The translations under genes and the position numbers were made by a program. The notes under the pieces are model-generated. The model searched no databases. It was given only the letters and a program-made list of their open reading frames with translations, and was not told the origin of the DNA. A stretch of 64,000 bases of DNA from Acidobacteriota bacterium. Lineage in GTDB: Bacteria; Acidobacteriota; UBA890; WLXD01. Shown piece by piece: positions 9,404 through 20,628 of the stretch (positions within the stretch are counted from its first letter, which is position 1; each line of letters opens with the position of its first letter). Location: positions 279-64,278 of the forward strand of contig DASCOT010000213.1 of the NCBI GenBank assembly GCA_036012155.1, read 5' to 3'.

Positions 9404-10600
9404 CTAGCTCGATAGGTCGAGCTGCTGTTCGAGCAGATCCACCGCCTCGCCTCGTTTCTTCAGGTCGCCTGCCTTGCCCTGAAAAAGCGTGGCTGAACCG
9501 CCGCCTCGGCCCTCGAGCAACTCCGCGATCCGGCCTCCGGGCTCCGTCAGCGTCATCGGGCATCCGGAGCCGCTGGCCAGCAAGAAGAAGTGCTCGCCGG
9601 CCTCAGTAGCGGTGAGAAGCGCGACGCGCCTGCTCGCCGCGGCGGCAAAATAGCGTGCCACAAGCTGCAGGAATCCAGCGCTGGCATCGTTGAAGTGCGC
9701 CTCCACTACGCTTCTGTCGGAATCCACCAGACCGCGAGCGACCTCCCTTGCCAGCTCTCTCTCGAGACGGCGTACCTGCCTGTCGGCGGCCTTGAGCCGC
9801 TCGCTGCGACCGGTGGCCGCGGCGACGAGCTCGTCGTCGCCAACATCGAGCAGGGCCCGTAGGGCCCGAGCGCGGGCTTCGTGCTCGCCCAGTCGGGCAC
9901 GGACCCGGCCGCCCGCTACCCAGTGCAGACGCGAGCCACCTCGCATCGCTTCGACCCCGAGCAGCTTGACGGCCTCGATCTCGGCGGTCGACGACAAATG
10001 CGTCCCGCCGCAGGCGCATACGTCGATCCCGTCAATTCCCACCAGACGCACGCTGCCCTGATGGCCGTGCGGCATGCCGCGGCTGCGCACGTCGAGGGCG
10101 CCCACCTCGTTAGGCGAGACGTAGCGCGCGCTGACGTGTCGGTTCGAACGCACCACTCCCATTACCGCGTCCTCCAAACGCGCCAGCGAGGTCACCTCAG
10201 GCAGCGGCGCGTTGAGCTCGATATCGGATCGGCGCTCACCCAGATGGAACGAGGTCGTCTCCCAGCCGAGCTCTGCATCGGCCACCGCGGTGATCAGGTG
10301 CTGCGCCGTGTGCTGCTGCATATGGTCAAACCGCCGCGACCAGTCCAAGACCAGGCGCGTCGGTCCAGGTTGCACCGGGCGCTCCACGTAGTGACGAATG
10401 TCGCGGTCGACGCGCTGCACATCACTCACCCGTACGCCGCCGAGCATGCCGGAGTCGGGCGGCTGGCCGCCGCCCTCCGGGTACATGATCGTGTCGTCGA
10501 GGATCGAGAACGGGCGCCCGTCCTCCTCGCCCGAGGCGATCACCTCGACATCGAGCTCGGTCAGATACGGCTCACGCTGGTACGCGTGCTCATCACGCAT
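9404..10600 (-). CDS. alaX: Alanyl-tRNA editing protein AlaX-L (AlaRS editing-domain homolog with DHHA1-like C-terminus)
   Basis: Zn-binding HTAQHLI and CACGGTH motifs. The track ORF extends to 10753 from a TTG. The likely start [16 protein letters not shown] is codon 52, near 10600. Confidence 0.75.
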   Translation of the reverse strand: MRDEHAYQREPYLTELDVEVIASGEEDGRPFSILDDTIMYPEGGGQPPDSGMLGGVRVSDVQRVDRDIRHYVERPVQPGPTRLVLDWSRRFDHMQQHTAQHLITAVADAELGWETTSFHLGERRSDIELNAPLPEVTSLARLEDAVMGVVRSNRHVSARYVSPNEVGALDVRSRGMPHGHQGSVRLVGIDGIDVCACGGTHLSSTAEIEAVKLLGVEAMRGGSRLHWVAGGRVRARLGEHEARARALRALLDVGDDELVAAATGRSERLKAADRQVRRLERELAREVARGLVDSDRSVVEAHFNDASAGFLQLVARYFAAAASRRVALLTATEAGEHFFLLASGSGCPMTLTEPGGRIAELLEGRGGGSATLFQGKAGDLKKRGEAVDLLEQQLDLSS

Positions 10601-10740
10601 CGGGGCACGGCTCCTGGCTGGATCCGGACAGGCCAACGCAGAATACAACGGCAACGCCGAGTCAGCCGAGGGCACGTTGCCTCCGCATGTCGGCACGCGT
10701 AGATTGCGTTGGTACCCGGGCGTCACGAAGGAGCCTATCG

Positions 10741-11739
10741 ATGTCACGACCAATTACCTTGTTCACGGGCCAGTGGGCCGACCTGCCCTTGGAGGCATTG
10801 GCCGCCAAAGCCTCCGAATGGGGCTTCGACGGGCTCGAGCTGGCTTGTTGGGGGGATCACTTCGAGGTTGACCGAGCGCTCAGCGAGGATGCCTACGTCG
10901 ACGCCAAGCGCGAGCTACTCGAACGGCACGGTTTGTCGTGTTCCGCCATCAGCACGCACCTGGTCGGGCAGTGCGTCTGTGACCCGATCGACGCGCGCCA
11001 CCAGGCGATCCTGCCACCGCGCATCTGGGGCGATGGCGATCCTGAGGGGGTCCGCCAGCGCGCCGCCGAGGAGGTTGCCAACACCGCACGCGCGGCACGC
11101 CGCTTCGGCGTCGACGTGGTCAACGGATTCACCGGCAGCAGCGTGTGGTCCAAGCTGTACTTCTTCCCACCGACGAGCCAGCAGGATATCGACGCCGGGT
11201 ACCGGGATTTCGCCGAGCGTTGGCGGCCCATCCTCCAAGTGTTCGCCGACGAGCGGGTGCGATACGGCCTCGAGGTACACCCGACCGAGATTGCCTACGA
11301 CACCATCACTGCACGGCGGGCGCTCGACGCGCTCGACGACCACCCCAGCTTCGGATTCAACTTCGACCCCAGCCACCTGGTTCACCAGTTCGTCGAGCCG
11401 GTAACCTTCATCGAAGAGTTCCCCGACCGCATCTTCCACGTCCACGTGAAGGACGCGCGCGTGCAGCTGGACGGTCGCAACAGCATCCTCTCCTCGCACC
11501 TGGACTTCGGTGACCCTCGACGAGGCTGGGACTTCGTTTCCCCTGGGCGTGGTGACGTGGACTGGGATCCCATCGTGAGGGCACTCAACCGCATCGGCTA
11601 CGACGGTCCTTTATCGATTGAGTGGGAGGACAGCGGCATGGACCGGGAGTGGGGTGCGCAGGAGGCGCTACAGATGATCCGCGATCAGGACTTCGCCCCG
11701 TCAGACGTAGCGTTCGACGCGGCGTTCGCAGACGACTGA
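10741..11739 (+). CDS. Sugar phosphate isomerase/epimerase (xylose isomerase-like TIM barrel)
   Basis: Track ORF starts at 10687. A better start MSRPITLF at 10741 is preceded by RBS GAAGGAG. The protein is an AP endonuclease 2 / TIM-barrel fold. Confidence 0.8.
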   Translation: MSRPITLFTGQWADLPLEALAAKASEWGFDGLELACWGDHFEVDRALSEDAYVDAKRELLERHGLSCSAISTHLVGQCVCDPIDARHQAILPPRIWGDGDPEGVRQRAAEEVANTARAARRFGVDVVNGFTGSSVWSKLYFFPPTSQQDIDAGYRDFAERWRPILQVFADERVRYGLEVHPTEIAYDTITARRALDALDDHPSFGFNFDPSHLVHQFVEPVTFIEEFPDRIFHVHVKDARVQLDGRNSILSSHLDFGDPRRGWDFVSPGRGDVDWDPIVRALNRIGYDGPLSIEWEDSGMDREWGAQEALQMIRDQDFAPSDVAFDAAFADD

Positions 11740-11769
11740 TGGCAACCACCTCAGACCGGGAGCACGAGG

Positions 11770-12975
11770 ATGGGTGAGCAATCCTTCACCGACATGGCGA
11801 CTGCTACCAGCAATTCCGAGGCACCCGGCGTCGGCGTCGGAATGCTGGGCTACTCGTTCATGGGGAAGGCGCATTCGAACGCGCTCAAGAAACTCCCCTA
11901 CATGATCTATCCACCACCGGCGGTGCCCGAGTTGGTGGTGATTTGCGGGCGCAACGAGGCCGCCGTATCCGAAGCCGCCCGGCGCTTCGGGTACGCGAGC
12001 CACTCCACCGACTGGCGTGACCTGATCGACGACGAGCGGGTGCAACTATTCGACAACGGTGGACCCAACGACGCCCACGCCGAGCCCTGCATTGCCGCCG
12101 CCGCGGCCGGCAAGCATGTGATCTGCGAGAAGCCCCTTGCACGCAACGCCGAGGAGGCCGCAACCATGCTGGAGGCCGTGCGCGCCGCGGGCGTCAAGAA
12201 CATGGTGGCGTTCAACTACCGTTTCGTGCCGGCCATACGCCAGGCCCGTCAATTGATCGACAGTGGCGCGCTGGGCCGCATCTACCACTATCGTGCCATG
12301 TACCTGCAGGAGTGGATCCTGCCGCACTACGGTACGCCGAGAATCTGGCGGCTCGACAAGAAACAGGCCGGCAGCGGTGCCCTGGGTGATCTCGGGGCAC
12401 ACATCATCGACCTGGCGCACTACCTGGTCGGCGATATTGCCAGCGTCGGCGCCGCGACGCGCACCTTCATCGACGAGAGGCCAATGCCCGATGGCTCCGG
12501 AAACGCCAAGGTCGACGTTGACGACGCTTTCGTCGCCACGGTGGGATTCGCCAACGGAGCTTTGGGAACACTCGAGTCGACGCGTTTCGCTGCCGGACGC
12601 AAGAACCATCAAGTGATCGAGATCAACGGAGAGCTCGGTAGCATCCGCTTCAACCTCGAGCGACTCAACGAGCTGCAGGTGTTCTGGGTGGGAGACGAGC
12701 CTCGCGAGACGCAGGGGTTCCACGACGTGCTGGTAACCGAGCCACACCATCCTTTCTGGGAACATTGGTGGCCACACGGCCACATCATCGGTTGGGAGCA
12801 CACCTTCGTGCACGAGTTCGCCCACCTTTTCGACTGCATCGTCAACGATCGGGATGTGGGGCCCCACGGGGCCACTTTCGACGACGGCTATCGCGCCGCG
12901 GTGGTTTGCGACGCAGTGCTGGCATCGGCCGAGTCGCGACGACAGATCGACGTGGACTACGGCTCGGTCTCCTAG
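11770..12975 (+). CDS. Gfo/Idh/MocA family NAD(P)-dependent oxidoreductase
   Basis: 401 aa. N-terminal Rossmann GxGxxG region (VGMLGYSFMGKAHS), an EKP motif and a C-terminal alpha/beta domain. Confidence 0.85.
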   Translation: MGEQSFTDMATATSNSEAPGVGVGMLGYSFMGKAHSNALKKLPYMIYPPPAVPELVVICGRNEAAVSEAARRFGYASHSTDWRDLIDDERVQLFDNGGPNDAHAEPCIAAAAAGKHVICEKPLARNAEEAATMLEAVRAAGVKNMVAFNYRFVPAIRQARQLIDSGALGRIYHYRAMYLQEWILPHYGTPRIWRLDKKQAGSGALGDLGAHIIDLAHYLVGDIASVGAATRTFIDERPMPDGSGNAKVDVDDAFVATVGFANGALGTLESTRFAAGRKNHQVIEINGELGSIRFNLERLNELQVFWVGDEPRETQGFHDVLVTEPHHPFWEHWWPHGHIIGWEHTFVHEFAHLFDCIVNDRDVGPHGATFDDGYRAAVVCDAVLASAESRRQIDVDYGSVS

Positions 12976-13011
12976 CTGCCGGTGGTGCCAGCAACCGCTA
13001 CAAGGACGACA

Positions 13012-13803
13012 ATGCATGTAGGGATCCGGTCATCCGCGCTGGCCGCTATCGTCCTGGTCTTCACGATGGTCAGTGGCGCTTGTTCGGCGCCGTCACCTCG
13101 AGTGCTGGTGTTCTCCAAGACAGCGGCTTTTCGCCATGCCTCTATCGAAACCGGCATTCGTGCCATCCACGAGCTCGGCGGAGACAACGGGTTCGCGGTC
13201 GAAGACACGGAGGACGCCACCGTCTTTGACGAGGAAACGCTGCGCACCTTTGACGTGGTTGTCTTCCTGAGCACCACCGGCGACGTGCTCAACGCCGTAC
13301 AGCAAGCCGACTTCGAACGCTTCATTCAGGCGGGCGGCGGTTACGTCGGTATCCACGCCGCCAGCGATACCGAGTACGGGTGGCCCTGGTACGGAGACCT
13401 GGTGGGTGCCTACTTCGTAGGCCATCCCGAGATTCAGCAGGCCACCCTGCGGGTCGAAGATGCGGACCATCCAGCGACGAGACGACTCCGACTCACGTGG
13501 ACACGCACCGACGAGTGGTATGACCTGCGCTATACGACCCCGGACGTCCGCGTGCTGTTGACGATCGACGAAGACAGCTACGAGGGCGCCTCTACCGGCG
13601 ATCCTCATCGCATGGCCTGGTCGCACGAGTACGACGGCGGCCGCAGCTTCTATACGGCGCTCGGCCACACCGCCGAGAGCTACGATGATCCGGACTTTCT
13701 GCGACACCTGGCCGGTGGCGTCGAGTACGCGCTGGGTGAGCGAGCCGGTCTTGATTACAGCGCCGTCCATCGTGACCGGCTCTCACCGCACGGTGGCCGC
13801 TAA
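13012..13803 (+). CDS. ThuA domain protein (type 1 glutamine amidotransferase-like), probable lipoprotein
   Basis: Trehalose-utilisation ThuA-like blocks VLVFSKTAAFRH, GGYVGIHAASDT and HPxxWxxxY. Signal/lipobox ...LVFTMVSGAC. The start is assumed at MHVGIRSS within the track ORF 12982..13803. Confidence 0.75.
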   Translation: MHVGIRSSALAAIVLVFTMVSGACSAPSPRVLVFSKTAAFRHASIETGIRAIHELGGDNGFAVEDTEDATVFDEETLRTFDVVVFLSTTGDVLNAVQQADFERFIQAGGGYVGIHAASDTEYGWPWYGDLVGAYFVGHPEIQQATLRVEDADHPATRRLRLTWTRTDEWYDLRYTTPDVRVLLTIDEDSYEGASTGDPHRMAWSHEYDGGRSFYTALGHTAESYDDPDFLRHLAGGVEYALGERAGLDYSAVHRDRLSPHGGR

Positions 13804-13822
13804 CGCGTCGGCAGGGGCTGCG

Positions 13823-15343
13823 ATGTACCTCCTCGGTTACGACATCGGAAGCTCCTCGGTCAAAGCCGCCCTTCTGGACGCCGACACGGGAGTCTGCGTT
13901 GCCAGCGCATCGTCGCCCGACGACGAGATGGCGATCGAGGCACTTCACCGCGGGTACGCGGAACAGCACCCCGAGCTGTGGTGGCGGCACCTGGTGCGCG
14001 CCACTGCGGCGGTAATCGAAGCCGGATCTGTGTCCCCGGATGAGGTCCGGGCCGTCGGCATCGCCTACCAGATGCACGGCCTCGTGCTCGTCGACAAGCG
14101 GGGCGAGGTGCTCCGACCGGCGATCATCTGGTGCGACAGTCGCGCCGTGTCGCACGGTCAGGAGGCCCTCGAGTCGCTCGGACGCGACTATTGCCAGCGC
14201 CATCTGCTGAACTCGCCGGGCAATTTCACCGCCTCCAAGCTCGCCTGGGTAAGAGCGCAGGAGCCCGACACGTTCGCGCGCGCCCACAAGATGCTGCTCC
14301 CGGGCGATTGGGTAGCTATGCGGATGACCGGCGCCATGACGACTACAGTGCCGGGCTTGTCCGAGGGCATCCTTTGGGATTTCCTCGACAACGAGGTCTC
14401 GGCGCCGCTGCTCCGGCATTTCGAGCTCGACAGCGAGCTGATCCCGGATGTCGTCCCGACCTTCGGCCGTCAGGGTGAGCTAACGGCAGCTGCCGCCGCC
14501 GAGCTCGGGCTGGAGGCTGGACTACCGGTCAGCTATCGAGCCGGCGACCAGCCCAACAACGCGCTGGCGCTCAACGTGATGGAGCCCGGCGCGATCGCTG
14601 CGACTGCGGGCACTTCGGGAGTGGTCTACGGAGTCAGCGACGTCGCTCAGCCGGATCCGTGCTGGCGGGTGAACACCTTCGCGCACGTCAACCACGAGGT
14701 GTCCCGACCGCGCCTCGGCGTACTGCTATGCATCAACGGTACCGGTATTCTCAACGCCTGGCTGCGGCGGCATGTGTGTCCCGCGGGGACCGACTACAGC
14801 GCTATGAACGCTGCCGCGGAGCCGTTGCCGGTGGGCAGCGACGGGGTGGCGATCCTGCCCTTCGGAAACGGTGCGGAACGCCTGCTCGAGAACCGCGATC
14901 TCGGGTGTCAGGTGCACGGCCTGAACTTCAATCGCCACCGCACTGCCCATCTGCTACGCGCCGCTCAGGAGAGCGTCGCCTTCGCCTTCCGCTACGGTCT
15001 CGACGTCTTGCGGCAGACCGGAATCGAGCCACACGTGATCCGCGCCGGCGCCGGGAACCTGTTCGCCAGCCCGATCTTTCGGCAGGCGTTGGCCGGCACG
15101 ACCGGTGCAACCATCGAGCTGTTCGAGACCGACGGGGCGCAGGGAGCGGCACGCGGAGCGGGGCTCGGCGCCGGCATCTACGACTCCCCTGCCGAGGCCT
15201 TCGCCGGGCTCGTAGCGAGCCAGCTGGTAGAGCCCGACCAGCGCCTGCGGGCAGCCTATGCCGACGCCTATGATCGATGGTGCCGCCAACTTGAAGGGGC
15301 GATCGCCCACTACGACGTGGAGATGCAATCGGAATGTCCGTGA
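13823..15343 (+). CDS. xylB: Xylulokinase (FGGY carbohydrate kinase)
   Basis: Track ORF starts at 13685. The conserved start [19 protein letters not shown] is at 13823, just after the ThuA stop. FGGY motifs are present throughout. The stop overlaps xylA. Confidence 0.85.
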   Translation: MYLLGYDIGSSSVKAALLDADTGVCVASASSPDDEMAIEALHRGYAEQHPELWWRHLVRATAAVIEAGSVSPDEVRAVGIAYQMHGLVLVDKRGEVLRPAIIWCDSRAVSHGQEALESLGRDYCQRHLLNSPGNFTASKLAWVRAQEPDTFARAHKMLLPGDWVAMRMTGAMTTTVPGLSEGILWDFLDNEVSAPLLRHFELDSELIPDVVPTFGRQGELTAAAAAELGLEAGLPVSYRAGDQPNNALALNVMEPGAIAATAGTSGVVYGVSDVAQPDPCWRVNTFAHVNHEVSRPRLGVLLCINGTGILNAWLRRHVCPAGTDYSAMNAAAEPLPVGSDGVAILPFGNGAERLLENRDLGCQVHGLNFNRHRTAHLLRAAQESVAFAFRYGLDVLRQTGIEPHVIRAGAGNLFASPIFRQALAGTTGATIELFETDGAQGAARGAGLGAGIYDSPAEAFAGLVASQLVEPDQRLRAAYADAYDRWCRQLEGAIAHYDVEMQSECP

Positions 15344-16674
15344 CGATCGGTGACCAAGAGTTCTTTCCACAGGTGGGGGAGATCCCCTTCGAGGGACCCG
15401 AGTCTCACAACCCCCTCGCCTTCAAGATCTACGACCCGGCGCGCACGGTGGGGGGCAAGACACTTGCCGAGCACCTGCGCTTCGCGGTGGCCTATTGGCA
15501 CAGCTTTGGCGTCGGCGGCGGTGATCCGTTCGGAGCGCCGACGCGCGAGTTCCCTTGGTCGAGCGAATCCGATCCGTTGGCGGCGGCGCGCCTGAAGATG
15601 GACGCGGCGTTCGAGTTCATCACCAAGCTCGGGGTGCCGTTCTACTGCTTCCACGACGTCGACCTGGTCGCGGCGGGGAGCTCGGTCAGCGAGTCCGAGC
15701 GCCTCCTGCAGGCAGCTGTCGAGTACGCCGCCGAGAAGCAGAGCGCCTCCGGCGTGCGACTACTGTGGGGCACCGCCAACTTGTTCTCGCACCCGCGCTA
15801 CATGAACGGCGCCGCTACCAATCCGGATTTCGCCGTAGTGGCCCACGCCGCCGCCCAGGTGAAATGCGCGCTCGATGCCACGATTGCGCTGCACGGAAGC
15901 AACTACGTGTTCTGGGGCGGGCGCGAAGGCTACATGAGCCTGCTCAACACTGACATGCAGCGCGAGCGCGAGCATATGGCGCGCTTTCTTCATGCCGCGC
16001 GTGACTACGGGCGCGCCCACGGCTTCGACGGAGTCTTCCTGATCGAGCCCAAGCCGCAAGAGCCGATGAAGCACCAATACGACTACGACGCGGCGACGGC
16101 CGTGGGTTTCCTACGTGAGTTCGACCTGCTCGAGGACTTCAAGCTCAATATCGAAGTCAACCACGCTACGCTCGCCGGACACACATTCCAGCACGAGCTC
16201 CAGGTCGCCGCCGACGCCGGCCTGCTAGGCAGCATCGACGCCAACCGCGGCGACTACCAGAGCGGCTGGGACACCGATCAGTTCCCGGTGGATCTGTACG
16301 AGACGACCGAGGCAATGCTCGTCATGCTCCAGGCTGGCGGGCTCGGAACGGGTGGCATCAATTTCGACGCCAAGCTCCGTCGCAATTCGACCGATGCGGC
16401 AGACCTATTCATCGCCCACGTCACCGGAATGGATACTTTTGCCAGCGCTTTGCTGGCTGCAGCGAGCGTTCTCGCCGACTCGGACTACTTGAGTCTGCGC
16501 GAACAACGCTACGAGAGCTTCGGTCTCGCTCCGGGAGCCGAGTTCGAGTCGGGCGCGTTGGGGCTCGCCGAGCTCCATGCGATCGCTGCCAGCAGCGACC
16601 TTCCGGAGGCAAGAAGCGGTAAACAGGAGCTCTTCGAGTCGATCCTCAGCCGGGCTGTGCTGCCGACCAGGTAG
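15334..16674 (+). CDS. xylA: Xylose isomerase
   Basis: 446 aa, high identity to classical XylA blocks: YEGxxSxNPLAF, [79 protein letters not shown]. Confidence 0.95.
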   Translation: MSVTIGDQEFFPQVGEIPFEGPESHNPLAFKIYDPARTVGGKTLAEHLRFAVAYWHSFGVGGGDPFGAPTREFPWSSESDPLAAARLKMDAAFEFITKLGVPFYCFHDVDLVAAGSSVSESERLLQAAVEYAAEKQSASGVRLLWGTANLFSHPRYMNGAATNPDFAVVAHAAAQVKCALDATIALHGSNYVFWGGREGYMSLLNTDMQREREHMARFLHAARDYGRAHGFDGVFLIEPKPQEPMKHQYDYDAATAVGFLREFDLLEDFKLNIEVNHATLAGHTFQHELQVAADAGLLGSIDANRGDYQSGWDTDQFPVDLYETTEAMLVMLQAGGLGTGGINFDAKLRRNSTDAADLFIAHVTGMDTFASALLAAASVLADSDYLSLREQRYESFGLAPGAEFESGALGLAELHAIAASSDLPEARSGKQELFESILSRAVLPTR

Positions 16675-16760
16675 ATCACAACATCGGCTCCGGCACACTG
16701 AACACACCGTCGTGAGCAGTCGCGACGCTCAGCGCCACCGATGACGACGGCCGTCACTCG

Positions 16761-16790
16761 TTGACACCCTGAAAAGCACCGTGGTATCAA
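16761..16790 (+). promoter_or_regulatory. Candidate sigma70-like promoter for the fdn operon: TTGACA - 18 nt - TATCAA
   Basis: TTGACA at 16761-16766 and TATCAA at about 16785-16790 lie roughly 45 bp upstream of the fdnG start. Hexamers are weak evidence in a high-GC genome. Confidence 0.3.
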
Positions 16791-16811
16791 CCAGCGAGGG
16801 TATCCGAGGAT

Positions 16812-19800
16812 ATGGGCGTGGACGTTTCTCGAAGGCGGCTCTTCCAGGTGGGCGCGGCGGCAATCGCGACCACCGCGTTCGGCTTTGATCTGCGCCCCGC
16901 ACACGCTGCGGTTCGCCAACTCAAGATCGCGCGCACCACACAGACTCACAGCGTCTGCCCCTACTGCGCCGTCGGCTGCAGCGTGGTAATTCACACGCTT
17001 GGCGATCGGGCCGACAACGTGAAACCGACGGTGGTGCACGTCGAGGGTGACCCCGACAGCCCGATCAACCGCGGCACACTTTGCCCCAAGGGCATCAGCC
17101 TGAAGGACTACGTCAACAACGACCGCAGGCTCGAACGGCCTCTGGTTCGCGCCCCGGGTGCCTCCGATTTCGAGCCCATATCTTGGGAGGAAGCTCTCGA
17201 TCGCATGGCGCGCCGCATAAAGGACACCCGTGACGCGGGGTTCGAGGAACGCGACGCACAGGGCCGTACGGTCAACCGCCTGACGAACCTGGCGCTGATC
17301 GGCGGCTGCACCGACACCAACGAGGTCAACTACCTGCTCGGCAAGCTGCGCTTCGGCCTCGGGATCCTGCCCTACGAGAACCAGGCGCGATTGTGACACG
17401 GCCCCACGGTGGCCAGTCTGGCCGCCACGTTCGGTCGCGGGGCAATGACCAACGGCTGGACGGACGTCGCCAATGCCGATGTGGTCCTCGTCATGGGGGG
17501 CAATCCGGCCGAGAATCACCCGGTGGGCTTCCGCTTCGTCATGCAGGCGAAGAGGGAGCGCAACGCCAAGCTGGTGTGTATCGACCCGCGCTTCAACCGT
17601 ACGGCGGCAGTATCCGATGAGTACGTTCCGATCCGTGCCGGTAGCGACATCGCCTTCCTCGGCGGTCTCATCAACTATGCGCTGAGCAACGACCGCTTCC
17701 ATCAGGAGTACGTCGCCCAACACACCAACGCGGCCTTCGTCATCGGTGACGGCTTCGGCTTCGAGGACGGCCACTTTTCCGGCTGGGACGCCGAGCGTGG
17801 CGCCTACGACAAGTCGACGTGGAGCTACGAGCTCGACGGGCGCGGCCACGCTCGCGTCGATCCGACTCTGCAGCACCCACGTTGCGTATTCCAGCTCATG
17901 GCACGCCACTACGAGCGCTACACCCCGGACGTGGTGGCGTCGATCAGCGGGTGCAGCGCGGAGGCGTTCGAGCGCGCCGCCGAGGTGATCACGTCATCCG
18001 GTCGGGCCGGACGCTCCGGCACCGTCCTGTACGCCCTCGGCTGGACCCAGCACAGCCACTCGGTGCAGCTGATCCACTGCGCTGCGATGTTGCAACTGTT
18101 GCTGGGCAACATCGGCATGCCGGGCGGTGGGGTCAATGCCCAGCGGGGCCACTCCAACATCCAGGGCGCCACCGACATGGGAGCCTGGAACATGCTGCCC
18201 GGCTACCTGAAGGTGCCCAAGGCTCCCCAGACATCCCTGGCCGAGTACAACGCCGCCAACTCGCCGCGCGCTCTACGACCGAACTCGATGAACTACTGGG
18301 GCAGCACACCGCGCTTCATGACCAGCCTGCTGAAGGCCTACTACGGCGGCAACGCCGAGGCATCGAACGATTTCGGGTACGACTGGCTCCCGAAGATCGA
18401 CGAGAACGCCAACCACAGCTGGGGACAGATCTTCGATCGCATGAACGAAGGCGAGATGGAGGGGCTGATCTCTTTCGGGATGAATCCGGTAGCCAACGGA
18501 CCCAATACCCCGAAGATGATCTCGGCGCTCGGCAAGCTGAAGTGGATGATCGTAGTCGAGAACTTCGAGACCGAGACAGCTGCCTTCTGGAAGGCACAGG
18601 ACCTAGCTGGTGAGTACTACCCAGGCGCAGAGAGCCCCGAGGACATCGACACCGAGGTCTTCCTGCTGCCGGCTGGCTGCTTCGCCGAGAAAGACGGTAC
18701 CTTCGTCAACTCGTCTCGCTGGCTGCAGTGGAAGGACGCTGCCCTGCCACCACCGGGCGACGCCAAGAACGACCAGGAGATCATCGCCAGGCTGTTCCTG
18801 AAGCTCCGTGAGCTGTATCGACAGGAGGGCGGCACCGCGCCAGATCCGCTGCTGAACATCGCCTGGGATTACGGCAATGCCGTATCCCCTTCGCTGACCG
18901 AGGTAGCCAAGGAGGTCAGCGGCCGATCGATCGGCGATGCGCGGCAGGTTGGCGGCTTCGGCGACCTCCGCGCCGACGGATCATCGCTCTGCGGCAACTG
19001 GCTCTACTCTGGCTCGTTCACCGAGGCCGGCAACATGATGGACCGACGCGGCCAGGAAGACCCCACCGGACTCGGGCTGTTCGCCGACTACGCCTGGAGC
19101 TGGCCGGCCAACCGCCGTGTGCTCTACAACCGCGCTTCGGCCGACGCCGACGGCCAGCCCTGGGATGCGACGCGCGCGCCGATCCGCTGGGACGACGGCC
19201 GCTATCTGGGAGACGTCGCCGACTACGCGGCGAGCGCCCCGCCGGACCAATACGGCTCGTTCATCATGCTCGCCGAGGGAGTGGCGAAGCTGTTCGCGCC
19301 CGACTTCGTGGAAGGGCCCTTCCCCGAGCACTACGAGCCCGCCGAGTCGCCCGTCGACAACCTGTTACATCCCTCGGTGAACAGCAATCCGATGGCGACC
19401 ATCATGCGTGGGGAGCTCGATCCGCTGGGCACGGTCGACGAGTATCCCTACGTGGCGGTGACCTTCCGGCTCACCGAGCACTTCCACTACTGGACCAAGC
19501 ACGTGTCCGCGACCTCGCAGCTACAGACGAGCTTCTTCGTCGAGGTTCCGGAGGAGCTGGCCCGTGAAAAGGACATCTCCAACGGAGACCTGGTCGCTGT
19601 GACCGCCGCCCGCGGCCGTGTGGAGGGGCCGGCGTTGGTCACCAAGCGGCTACGCGCCCTGCACGTCGACGATCGGCCCGTCTACCAGCTGGGGATTCCC
19701 ATCCACTGGGGTTTCGTCGGCAGAGTTCGGGGACCGCTGGTCAACAACCTGACACCGTCGGTGCTCGATCCCAACTCCGGTACGCCCGAATACAAGGGGT

Positions 19801-19826
19801 TCCTGGTGAACCTGGAGAAGCTCTGA
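16812..19826 (+). CDS. fdnG: Formate dehydrogenase-N alpha subunit, selenocysteine-containing, Tat-exported (in-frame TGA at 17394-17396 read as Sec)
   Basis: Track ORFs 16812..17396 and 17409..19826 are in the same frame, separated only by TGA. The junction reads ...PYENQARL-U-HGPTVASLAATFGRGAMTNGW, matching E. coli FdnG (...ENQARV-U-HGPTVASLAPTFGRGAMTNHW). Twin-arginine signal MGVDVSRRRLFQVGAAAIA. Carries Mo-bisPGD enzyme blocks. Confidence 0.9.
17397..17430 (+). other. Putative bacterial SECIS hairpin just 3' of the Sec UGA
   Basis: Sequence CACGGCCCC ACGGUGGCCAGUCUGGCCGCC. It begins UGACACGGCCC exactly as E. coli fdhF/fdnG SECIS. GGUGGCCAG/CUGGCCGCC can form a 9-bp stem with one G.U pair starting about 12 nt after the UGA. 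Confidence 0.5.
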
Positions 19827-19830
19827 GCTC

Positions 19831-20628
19831 ATGGTCGAGATCGTCGCCAAGCTGATCGACACCACGACCTGCATCGGCTGCAAGGCCTGCGAGGCCGCCT
19901 GTCAGCAGTGGAACGATCAGGGGACGACGTACGGCACGTTCGACGGCACCTATCAGACGATGCCCGAAGTTCGCCACGACTTCTGGAACTTGATCAAGTT
20001 CAAGGAGGTCGAGCACGAGGACAGCACCCTCGACTGGATCTTCTCCAAGTACCAGTGCATGCACTGTGTCGAACCAGGGTGTATGGACGTTTGCCCCGTC
20101 CCGGGGGCGATCTTCCGGCACGACGACGGCATCGTCGATTTCGACAACAACCTCTGTATCGGCTGCGGCTACTGCATCGCCGGCTGCCCGTTCGACATAC
20201 CACGGCTGTCACCGGTAACTCAGAAGGTCTACAAGTGCACCCTGTGCTCCGACCGCACCTCCGTGGGCCTGGAGCCCGCCTGCGTCAAGGCGTGCCCGAC
20301 CAGCTGCCTGACGTTCGGTACGCGAGACGACCTTCTGCGGGTAGCCGAGACGCGCGCCGAAGATCTCCGCGGCGCCGGGCACCAGAATGCCGGCGTCTAC
20401 AACCCTCTGGGCGTGGGCGGAACCAACGTGCTGTACGTCCTCAAGGACGCCGAGCAGCCGCAGACCTACGGCCTTCCGGCTGACCCGGCGGTGCACTGGA
20501 CGGTGAAGCTCTGGAAGGGGCCGGTGAAATGGCTCGGCAATCTGGTCTTCTTCGGCGCGATCTTGGGGGTGCTGCTGCACTACGTCCGCGTCGGGCCCCT
20601 CGGGCAAGAGCACGGGGGTGAAGCGTGA
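19831..20628 (+). CDS. fdnH: Formate dehydrogenase-N beta subunit (4x[4Fe-4S] ferredoxin with C-terminal TM anchor)
   Basis: 265 aa. CIGCKACEAAC, CMHCVEPGCMDVCP, CIGCGYCIAGCP and CTLCSDR motifs. C-terminal hydrophobic helix. Confidence 0.9.
   Translation: MVEIVAKLIDTTTCIGCKACEAACQQWNDQGTTYGTFDGTYQTMPEVRHDFWNLIKFKEVEHEDSTLDWIFSKYQCMHCVEPGCMDVCPVPGAIFRHDDGIVDFDNNLCIGCGYCIAGCPFDIPRLSPVTQKVYKCTLCSDRTSVGLEPACVKACPTSCLTFGTRDDLLRVAETRAEDLRGAGHQNAGVYNPLGVGGTNVLYVLKDAEQPQTYGLPADPAVHWTVKLWKGPVKWLGNLVFFGAILGVLLHYVRVGPLGQEHGGEA

Noticed and set aside
12046-13017. 323-aa minus-strand ORF
   Set aside because: Antisense to the Gfo/Idh/MocA oxidoreductase gene. No recognisable domain.
16509-17909. 466-aa ORF on the minus strand
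   Set aside because: Entirely antisense to the well-supported fdnG gene. Gly/Ala/Arg/Val-rich composition is typical of GC-driven spurious ORFs. No motifs.
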